Positions 40,001 to 49,434 of a stretch of DNA of 64,000 nucleotides are shown in pieces (position 1 is the first letter of the stretch; each line of letters begins with the position of its first letter). A model generated the notes under the pieces. That model did not search any database. It was not told the DNA's origin and saw nothing but the letters and a program-made list of their open reading frames with translations. Made by a program: the position numbers and the translations under genes. The DNA lies in the NCBI GenBank assembly GCA_050084985.1, contig JBITNC010000001.1, positions 15,996,001 through 16,060,000 of the forward strand. Reading direction: 5' to 3'. The DNA is from Nageia nagi. Taxonomy: Eukaryota > Plantae > Pinophyta.

Positions 40001-40974
40001 TTCTCCTTTATGTGGATGATCTTCTCATAACAGGCAATAATATTGAAATCATCCAAGAGTGCATCTCCAAACTCAAGGCAACATTTGAAATGACTGATTT
40101 AGGTCTATTGCATTACTATCTTGGGATGCAAGTATACCAACACAAAGATTGTACTTATCTTAGTCAATCTAAGTATATCTCAGACATCTTGCAAAAGTTT
40201 GGAATGGAAGAGTGCAAATATGCTGCAATACCTGTTTCTCCTGGAATTGTTGTATCACTGAGCTCAGATTCTCAGTTGGCTGATGCTACAGCTTATAGAC
40301 AATTGATTGGTAGTCTTCTGTATCTGACTATCTCTCATCCTGATATTGCCTTTGCAGTGAATCTCATGGCACGATTCATGCAAAAACCATATGTTGAACA
40401 CCTCAATGCTGTTAAGCAAATCTTGAGGTATGTCGCAGGGACTAAGGATCTTGCTCTTAAGTATTCCAAAGTGCCCTCGATTGTTCTCTCAGGGTTCTCA
40501 GATTCTGATTATGGGGGAGATAGAGATGACAGAAAATCAACCTCTGCATATGTGTTTAGCATTGGTTCAGGTGCTATCTCTTGGGCTTCCAAGAAGCAAC
40601 CTACAGTGACTCTTTCTACCACCGAAGCCGAGTATCGAGCCATGTCTGTTGCCACCCAAGAAGCTATTTGGCTAAGACATCTTCTGAACGAAATTGGGTA
40701 TCAGCAAAATGGCCCATCTCTTATTTCGTCAGATAATCAATCGGCTATCTCTTTGGCTAAGAATCCTGTGTTCCATCAGCGAACCAAACATGTAGAAATC
40801 CAAGCTCATTTTATCAGGGAGAAGGTTCTAGATGACATCATACACTTGCAGTATTGTCCATCTACTGAAAACTCCGCTGATTTGTTCACCAAGCCCCTTC
40901 CTGAAGCTCAGTTTTGCAAGCTTAGGGATTCTCTAGGGTTGGTGAAGTTGCCCTCAAGGGGGAGTGAAGTTTAA
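37048..40974 (+). CDS. Copia Gag-PR-INT-RT-RNaseH polyprotein (~1308 aa from first ATG)
   Basis: Gag N-terminus LDGSNFGIWEPRM, zinc knuckle CNFCGIFGHKEYDC, protease WIVDTGCTNHM, integrase LWHQRLGH..CERC with HSDL/RSDNGGEY/NGVAER, RT YVDDLL, RNase H SDSDY..EAEY..DNQ..ADLFTK. INT precedes RT, which is the copia order. No stops. Confidence 0.98.
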   Translation: MVETFVPKHILDGSNFGIWEPRMKAELQARKLWQTVSEDAVAPTDEKALEVYNSKNELATSMIYRAVSDDVLLMISSSTLAKEAWDRLKKIYLGSKFSRRFTILQKLLQYRQSEDESASIYLNKIIDLRTQLVGCGCNWINDEFMVFIILQSLTSKFSNFVTVMETRLDDEEDVISLDNLSRLLLKHEETLNKKMLNLSPKDHSIALGATKTPFKKKFKHYKFKDNKSSSTFRKYDKKGNNNNNHGNYRHRNDKAGSSNPTPQEKFDGNCNFCGIFGHKEYDCRKKKFAQKGKGNANVRTFNNKKKNKHAASVAYYSMTQTISNDWIVDTGCTNHMCYEKDKFENFHKYKKDAVVIGDNTVLDVHGIGRVKIHGKTLDNVFYVPKLRMNLISVIQITRKGCSFEFTSHSWCVKKGLATLMKGSVKNDLYIVDQVPSKICLATNVCSKGNLWHQRLGHLNHKSIQAMKTQELVEGLPNISPTVGLCERCILGKMHRQKFEKDKATRATCPLQLVHSDLMGPFQTKSLGGASYVLTFIDDFSRMTFGYLLEHKDQTFDRFQDFKALVENQTDFKIKMLRSDNGGEYNSNEFNNFCVKHGIKRQFTIPYTPQQNGVAERKNRTIMEMARCMLGNLPSFLWGEAVHTAIHTLNRCPTKAVEGKTPYEAWTGKKPNLSHFRIFGCDAFAFITSEKRKKLDKRSEKCIFVGYDNQHRGYRLYSSSQKIVFISRDVKFNELSKDTTSHAEVSDTDDSSPAPNWLDDRVEKSPQEQNSPAQRITRSMTLNKSLFAKIDNMHEPSTFKEASKQECWMEAMKVEYEALMKNETWDLVPYPNEKNVIGNKWIYKVKYNSDGNIEKYKARLVAKGFAQKYGIDYEETFAPVAKMPTVRIILALSAAQGWKAFQLDVKSAFLNGDLDVEIYMNQPEGFIPEGKETLVCKLKKSLYGLKQAPRAWYKKISGFFADIGFSKCFSDSDLYVLNQGKDVVIILLYVDDLLITGNNIEIIQECISKLKATFEMTDLGLLHYYLGMQVYQHKDCTYLSQSKYISDILQKFGMEECKYAAIPVSPGIVVSLSSDSQLADATAYRQLIGSLLYLTISHPDIAFAVNLMARFMQKPYVEHLNAVKQILRYVAGTKDLALKYSKVPSIVLSGFSDSDYGGDRDDRKSTSAYVFSIGSGAISWASKKQPTVTLSTTEAEYRAMSVATQEAIWLRHLLNEIGYQQNGPSLISSDNQSAISLAKNPVFHQRTKHVEIQAHFIREKVLDDIIHLQYCPSTENSADLFTKPLPEAQFCKLRDSLGLVKLPSRGSEV

Positions 40975-41032
40975 ACTTTTGTTAGTGATGACAACTTCAC
41001 CTCTAAGAGGCCTTTTTTGATTGTACATTCTA

Positions 41033-41438
41033 GACCTCCGTGGTAAGTTTGCTCTGCGTGACAAACTTGTTGTACAATTGTTGTTATAGAGTGTTGATTA
41101 TTTTATACCTCAGTGGTAAGTTTGCTCTGCGTGAGAAACTTGTTGTACAAATTTTGAGCATATAATTAATATACCTCCGTGGTAAGTTCGCTCTGCATGA
41201 CGAACTTGTTGTACATTCTATACCTCCGTGGTGAGTTTGCTCTGCGTGAGAAACTCGTTGTACAATTTTTATGCTCTATACCTCCGTGGTGAGTTTGCTC
41301 TGCGTGAGAAACTCGTTGTACAATTTTTGAGCATATAAATTAATATACCTCCGTGGTAAGTTCGCTCTGCGTGACGAACTTGTTGTACATTCTATACCTC
41401 CGTGGTGAGTTTGCTCTGCGTGAGAAACTCGTTGTACA
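41033..41438 (+). repeat. Array of seven 44 bp repeats with 5-29 bp spacers in the copia 3' UTR
   Basis: Consensus TACCTCCGTGGTRAGTTYGCTCTGCGTGASRAACTYGTTGTACA, starting at 41033, 41106, 41172, 41221, 41279, 41346 and 41395. Confidence 0.97.
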
Positions 41439-41916
41439 ATTTATGCTCTATTTTTAAAATCAACACATGTCTATATACAACAGGTGACTATGAGTAATGG
41501 CTTGGCATCTCTGTGATGGCTTATAGTGCACCATTGATCAGTTATTTATAAGATGACATTATTTGATTCTCTTATTTGAATATATGATGCATCTAACTGA
41601 TTTTGTTCATGAGTTGCTTGTAGCATGCAGGATCTTCTTTAGAAATACAGGTTACTCACCTTGTGAAAGCAAGCTCATGGAGACTCACATGTCAGCTTAA
41701 AGTTGATCGACTACTATGTACAGTGAAACCAGTTGTGGTTAATGATTGTATTGTAAACCATTTTTGTCAAATGGTAATGTAGTGAGTCTCATACTAGTTC
41801 TCAAAAAGATTCTCAAAAATATGTAAAAGTTCTCATCTCCACTTGTATCTCTATGGAGGAGAACTCTCTCTTACTCTCTCTCTTCTCTCTTCTACGCTCT
41901 ATCCCAATATTGCATT

Positions 41917-41925
41917 AAGGGGGAG
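41917..41925 (+). promoter_or_regulatory. Polypurine tract
   Basis: AAGGGGGAG directly before the 3' LTR TG. Confidence 0.93.
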
Positions 41926-42422
41926 TGTTAGAATTTGTAATGAAATATTGTGAATATCTAGACTCCTTGTAAATTCAATTAATCACTTAAGGGTATGTAG
42001 ATACCTTAAATGATTAATAGAATTCTTTAATGTATAGACTTTGACTTTACCAAAGGAGTTAGTTGGTAGGTTGAAGTTTGGTGGTACATTTAATGTAACC
42101 CTAACCTTACCCTTGGGTTAAAGGAAGGTTAGGGAGTGCTCTCAACCTATAAATAGAGGGCCTCTCCTCATGTAAACATATCTAAGTTTTGAGTAAGATT
42201 ACTCTACTTGGTTGTGTAGGAGAGAGCTAGAGAATAGTTGTAAGAGAGACATAGATTTGAGAATAAGAGAGCTAGTTGTGGATGTACTCCCAAGGAGGGA
42301 GGAACCACATTATATTGGTGTCATATTGTGTGAATGATGTTCTTAGAATTATAGATGTGTTATCTTGAGTTTCCTAGTCTAAGGTCCTAGAGGATTTGTT
42401 TAGTTATAGTTCAAATCCTTCA
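41926..42422 (+). repeat. Copia 3' LTR (497 bp)
   Basis: Matches the 5' LTR except AGGGAGTGC vs AGGGAGGTGC. Confidence 0.97.
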
Positions 42423-45400
42423 ACCTCACCAAAACCATCAAAGGAGATGATCAGAGGGATACATAGCATCAAGAGCTAGAACTTCCCCAATGCCATTGAG
42501 ACGAAGAGAAGATGAGACTCTAATTTTACACAATGGAAAAAGGAGAAGCTTCCAAAGAGAGCTTTAGGGATACTGTGAAAGCTACAAAGAGAATTGGGTT
42601 CCCAACCAACAAAGACAAAATCAACATTACCATTCAAGGATAATATCATATATAAGGATGATCGAAGGGAAACATAATAAGGCAACACACACTACCGATC
42701 AATCAAAGTTAGAGTAGAAGTTGTAGGAGAAGCAATCCTTATACTGATTGATAATGGGGCAACACAAAATTTCATTGACCAAGGATTTGTAGCAAGAAAG
42801 AACCTCCCAACCAAGGTTGTCGAAGGATTGAATGTCACCAATGCAAATGGGCACTACACATTGTCTAACCGAATGTTAGACTCAAGATCAAGCTTAGTAA
42901 CCACATTCTTGAGAACGAATTCTACATCTTCCCACAGGATGGGTTGTAACAGGTATTGCTTGGAGTACAGTGGATGTATCCTTTAGGAGACATCCAAACA
43001 AATTTCCAAAGGTTCGAAGTGAGTTTTTGGCTCAAGGGACAAAAGGTCATCATCAAGGGAATGAAGGATTGTTGTGGACGACACTTGACAACAACACAAG
43101 AGAAGGACAACATGCATTTTATGGTTGCCTTCAAAAGAGCCACCCCAACAAAATAATAAAGAAATTGGAATTTGCTACAGAATACAAGCCATAGTTTGTA
43201 GACACAAACTACGGACTTGAATATCAAATAATGGAGGTTATCAAGCCAGAGTTTGTGGGTTCTAATTTCTTCTCATCATCTAACCATGAGAAAGAAGAGG
43301 GGATAGATCATGAGGACATTGTTGCAATTGAAGATGTTCTGAATTGCTTAGGGACAAGCAATATGGGAAGTGCAGAATTATAATGTCACCATTTTTATGG
43401 CATTTTCCCCACTTCACCAGTGGAAAGTGGGAACACTTAGCTTAGGTTTGTTTTATTTAATTTTGGTTGGTATTATAGCCCATTATTTGTAAGTTCCACT
43501 TGGAGGATTAATTTATTACTCCAATTATGGGATGTTGGGCCTTTCAATGCAATTAAGAGTGATTTAATATTTTAATATGCCAATAAGCGTGTAATAAAAT
43601 ACCAAGGTGATTACTAATTGTAAATGCAATATTAGTCACCTATTTGGGATGTTGGGTATGAAGCCTTGATGAATGTAAATTGGCATTAATAGGTCTTAGT
43701 TATTGTTTAGCTCCCCTCTTAGTTATTTGAGGTAGAGACATATGATTGCTATGGAATAAAATTTATTATGAGGCACTGGAAGACTCCACACTTGGATGTT
43801 TGGATCATGAGGAGGTTTAGACCATTTGATGAGAAATTAGGCATCCCAAGACACCCATGTATCACCCTTGGAGGCTCCTAGCATGATGGCATTAATTCCT
43901 AAGCACATGGAAGTCCCCCACAACCCAACATTGGCATTCTAGGCCCTTGGATGTGATTAGACTTATCCCAAGGCACCTCATCTTAAGCGTGAGATATAGA
44001 GAGCACATGGATCACCCTTGGATACTGTTGGATGAGATTACATCAATCCCAGCACAAGATTAATGATAAAGCTACCTCACACTATAAAAGGAAGATTCTT
44101 GGAAGACAATAGCATTATGTTATGAGTATGATTTCTACTTCTTGGTTTGGGCGTTGCTCTTCCTTGATTTCCACTTTGACAAAATGAGGTACCTGTTACG
44201 GGGGTGTTGACATCACCCTTGGATTAGTAGAATATTGCTAGTGGATCTCTAAGATTCCACCATAGCTATAGAGGAGGAAGCTCTGGTGCAAGCCTTGCCA
44301 CTATTGAGCATAAGAGCCCTAGAGCATCAATCCTCGTTGCATGATCATTGTAATTGATGTTTCTTCCCTTATTATTCAAATACAATTACATTTGACCATT
44401 ACACTATTATTTGCTTTTCATTTCATGATATTTATCTTTATATGCTTGGACATTGGATATTTGGCATATTTGAGGATGTGATATTTAGTATTTACACTTC
44501 TTGGCTAGACGTCTCCATTGTAAGTGATAATTCATTATTAATTTGCCATTTTATCTAGTCGTTGGGATCTCAAGGCACTAATTTGCATGTATAAGCTAGA
44601 CGTTGAGTATCCGAAGTTCATTTGAATTGTTCTTGACATTATGGATGAGATGTTGGGTTTCTGGCATATGATTTGATCACTTGCACATGAACATTGGGTT
44701 TGTATGATGTTAATTAATGAGATCTAGCATTTGCATAAATTCATTGGGTTATTTTGGGCATCATTGATCAGATATGAGGCATTAGAGTGTGATGTTCCTC
44801 CTCTATGGATAATTTGATAATTTTTAATTATCATTTTGGTTTTGAATTTGAGGATTTTTTCAAAATTTGAGTGAACCTTAGTTTTGCTCATCATAGAGAC
44901 CTTACTTGAATATATGCTTGTTCAAAAATTGAAATTCAATTAATAATATAAATCAAAAACTTCCAAACCAAATTTTTGGGAAATGAAACGACAAAGGGAG
45001 ATCGTTTAAGTAGTCAAAACTACCAGCTCGAAATCAGAAATGTTGTAAAGCTGTCGATTTTGAAAGATAACCACTGAAACTCCGAATAAAACCAAAAAAA
45101 CCGTCCAGTTAAAAAACTATCAAAAATAAATGAAGTTTCAAAGAAGCACTCAACCCCAAAATGAAGAGATAAACATCACACCAAAGCAAGTGGGAGCCAT
45201 GGTCGCAAAATAGGATGGTGAGGCGAGATCGCCAACAAGACATAGTCTGCGAGTACGTCACATCGAGGGTGATCTTCACGATGATGTACAAGTGAAGAAA
45301 CGGCTTCAGGCAGAGAACACCAGAAGAGCACAGCGAGGGAATGTGACGTTGAAGAGGCCGCTTGAGGCAGGTGCTTGGGTGGTGGAGTCACATTGGGGTA

Positions 45401-46949
45401 CCATGGACGACCAATAAGGGGCCTCGGGTTTCTGAGCAGCAAGCCATGAAGGGGCCACGATGGCCAAGAGATGCATGGACAAAGAGCTACACGAAACACA
45501 GAGAATGTCGTCTAAGCTAGTTGCATACGATGACCAATTTCAGATCTCACAAAATATCACCATAGTGTTGCGAGGAAGATCACTTACGCAACCCACAAAC
45601 ATGTCCACCAAATCTAACTCGAATTACTGATAAAAAAAATGCAACTCCACAGACAACTACACATCCAGACATCATGCAATGTAAAATAGATCTCCTCCAT
45701 GCAAATTCTCTAAAGTCTCAAAAAATGGAGGTGAGGAGGGATTTGGCACAAAGCCAACCCCCCCTCACAGATTTGCTAACCAAATCTAAGAGGGTATGCC
45801 CTTTGATACCATGTAGAAGTTGAGAATAAAATTCTATATATTACAAATGGAGAAGCCTTGATTAAATAGTCGAGGTACACAAAATACATACAAGGGATTC
45901 TTAACAAGAGTTTGTTAGAATCTTAAACAAACCAAGGAAAAAACAAAGTAAGAAAAGGATTAAAATGTAATCTGTAATATACTCTAACAATCTATCTCAA
46001 AACATGCACAATTTGGTTCAAGTTCATCATTTGTTTGTTCTAAAAGACTAAGTTTCATCTTCTAAGATAACAAGTTATCCACAATCTACCTTTGACATAT
46101 AAGTTTTAAATAAATATTCTTTATACCTCCTTTTTGGAATTGATATGATCTAATTACTAGATTAAATTGTAATCCCTAAGGTACACAAAATACGTGGAGG
46201 GGATTCGTAACAAGAGTTTGTTAGAACCTTAAACAAACTAAGAAAAAGATTAAAATGAAATTCCTATTGTACTCTAAAAATCTATCTCAAAACATGAGCA
46301 TTTTAGCTTCTGCACAAGATTGACCTGAAATAAGTTTTGGGTGTTAAATCTAGCCTATATTCGATCAAGTTCATCATTTATTTACTAAGTTTCATCTTCT
46401 AAGATAACAAATTATCCACAATCTACCTTTGATATACAATTTTCAAATAAATATTCTTTATATCTCCTCTTTTGAATTGATATGATCTAATTACTAGATT
46501 TTATTTTGCATATTACTATTAATCTATTTTCATTATTTTATTTGTGTAAAATAATCAAATAGTTTTTATAATTTCCTATATTTTCATTTTTGCATGTTCA
46601 TTTTATAATGTCTAAATACAGTTAAATGCTTGTTGGTTGATTGATTGGATTTGAGATGTGTGTTGGTGGTAATGGTTTCTCTTAATAGTCGTATTTTTTT
46701 TTATTTATCGATATCTTTTCAAAAGTTGAATATCTTATATTGTCAGTAGTATGATATATGGAGTATGCAAATTCCACCCTTTTGTATGAAGAAGGAATGT
46801 GCAAATTCCATCTTTTTGTATGAAGATGGTTTCTTAATATAATAAAAAACCTCTTTCATTTATATATATATATATATATAACACAAGTTAACAAATATAA
46901 AGAATACATAAATTCGAACCTATAATCCCATGTACTCTTTTGCCAATAG

Positions 46950-47502
46950 AGATGACTAAAGCTGAAACGAACAATAAAACCAGAACCAGCTTTTATTAAT
47001 GTTCATGTATAGCATTCAAATAAACATACAAGCTCTGACTGTACACACCAAAATGAAATTACGCGTCTAGGCTTGAATGTTACATCATCGCAATACACCA
47101 TGATATACACTGTAAACTTGATTCCTTACAGCTTTGTTGTTCATCCATGTCAACAGTAACATTGGAACAAAATGGTCCTTTGAAAGCAGTCCAATGCTGT
47201 CGAATCAACTTATGACAGTATGCCATCCACTAATGCATCATGACGTTTAAAAAGCAAAATAAAAAAAGACAATGGGTCCTATAAACTTACACACTGTAAA
47301 CATACACCTTACAGCTGTTATCCATATTGTTCATGTCAACAGTAACATTCAGACAAAAATGGTCCTTTGAATGTATTCGAATGCATATGACATTGTTTGC
47401 CATCCCCCAATGCATCATGACGGTTGAAGAAAAAATGCAATGCAATTTGGGATAACAATTACTCATGTTTACGCAATGCTTGATGCAACTATATATAGCC
47501 AT
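46950..47502 (-). ncRNA. Candidate structured ncRNA unit, copy 4
   Basis: Near-identical to 4150-4700. Confidence 0.35.
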
Positions 47503-49434
47503 AAATTATTATTGTGACTGTCATCACTTCTCAAGTATGCCATACTTTTAACTTTTTATCAATATATTAAAGTAGAGAAAGGCAAAGCATTATTGATAGG
47601 ACAAAAGTTATTATCCTACATTAAATATTTTTAGTGATTGTAGTTCAGAAATGGGGCATATATTGTTTGAATGCCTGAAACAACTTAATAGTTGTGATGT
47701 AGTAATATAACAATGGTTAAACACAAGAAGCAATGTCATCATAAGCAATAAGTTGATCGAAAAATTGAAGATGAGTTTGGCCATTTATTCCATGAACAGT
47801 GACTTCTACATTTTGCCTTTAGGAGGACTACCGCATATAGTGCTTGAGGAACAATGGTTATACACCTTGAGGGAAATCACTTCCAACTACAAAACATTAG
47901 AGATGAAGTTCAAGGTTGAAGGACGTAAAGTACACCTGCAAGGCATCAAGGATGGAGGAGGAAACAAAACTAGGAGAACCTTTGTAGCAAGAATGACGCC
48001 ATTAAGAAAATTTCATGACATACGGTTAGCCTTGATGCTAAGAAGCTTAAAAATGAAGATGAATGTGGAAAGAAGCAAGAGGGCTTAGGCTTAGTTGTTG
48101 CATTTGCAAATTCGAATTGCTTGAGGACAATCAATTTGGGAGGGGTGGATTTATAATATTCCCAAATTTGGACATCTCACTCACTACGGCACTAGGAAGT
48201 GGGACGTGCACCCTCATGGTGCTCTCTTAGCAATTTAGGAGTATTTTCATAGTTTTAGGACAATTTGGAAATATTTTAGTAATTTATGCAATATTTATGG
48301 GATTTTTATATATTTTATCCCACTTGAAGGATCTCCAACATGTGATGTTGGACTCTATGAGTCATTATTTGTTATTTTTATGTATTAATTGCATGAGCCA
48401 TTTATTAATGTCAAATAATTATTATAATTAAAATACCAAGATAATTATTTATTGTAAATGCAATATTAGTCTCCTTAAGTAAGGCATATTTCTAACCTTG
48501 ATGATTGTAATTTGGCATCTCAAGGCACTTTAATGCATCTCTATGTAATTATGCTCCCCCCTAAGCTAGATGCATCCCTAAGGGGCAAAGCACAACGATC
48601 ACAAGAGGGAGATACTAATCCCTAGGCATAAGAGACTCTAAGAGGGAGGCATGGCATCAAGAAGGACAAACTGGCACTGTTAGATGTGATTTTGTGAATC
48701 CCAAGTCATCAACATTGCAACATCTCATTCCAAGAGTTCATCTCATCCATCAAAGCCAATTGTGGTGATCCTTAGGCACATGGAATCATCTAGAGGTGGA
48801 TACATGACCTGGAGACCATTTGGAGTCTACAAAAGGAGGATGAGACTGTAATGTCCCCATGTTTATGGCATTTTCCCCACTTTGCCATTGGAAAATGGAA
48901 ACTTTTAGCTTAGTTTTATTTTGTTTAATTTTGGTATTTTAATAGTATTTTAGCCTCTATTTGTAAGTTCCACTTGGAAGATTAATTTATTACTCCAAGC
49001 ATGGGATGTTGGACCTTTTAGTGCAATTAGGAGTGATTTACTATTTTTAATATGTCAATAATTATGTAATAGAATACCAAGGCAATTATTAATGTTAAAT
49101 GCAATATTAATCACCTAATTTGAGACGTTACATATGAAGCCTTAATTAATGTATATTAGCATTAATAGGTCTTGGTTATTTTTTAGCTCTCCTCTTAGCT
49201 ATTCAAGGTAGAGCCAAATGATTCTTATGGAATAACACTTACTATGAGGCACTAGAAGACTCCCACACTTGGATGTTAGGCTTGTGATGAGGTTTTTATC
49301 ATTTGATGAGCGATTGGGCAGCCCAATACACCCATGTCTCACCCTTGGAGGCTTCTAGCATGATGGTGTTGATCCCTACGCTCATGGAAGTCCTCCATAA
49401 CCTAATGTTGGCATTCTAGCCCTTGGATGTGATT

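Larger units (their letters stand above)
33496..42422 (+). mobile_element. Intact, very young Ty1/copia LTR retrotransposon (8927 bp)
   Basis: TG..CA LTRs at 33496-33993 and 41926-42422 with only a 1 bp indel seen. TSD ACCTC (33491-33495, 42423-42427), PBS TGGTATCAGAGC, PPT AAGGGGGAG. The empty site is present in the other three units. Confidence 0.99.
28623..44895 (+). mobile_element. Element B, unit 3 copy (hosts the intact copia)
   Basis: Same boundaries and GAGAC TSD. Confidence 0.85.
24700..44920 (+). repeat. Tandem segmental duplication unit 3 (contains 8.9 kb copia insertion)
   Basis: Same unit, interrupted at ACCTC (33491-33495) and resuming at 42423. Confidence 0.97.

Noticed and set aside
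41033-41438. CRISPR array
   Set aside because: Spacers are very unequal (5-29 nt) and themselves repeated, there are no cas genes, and the context is a eukaryotic retrotransposon.
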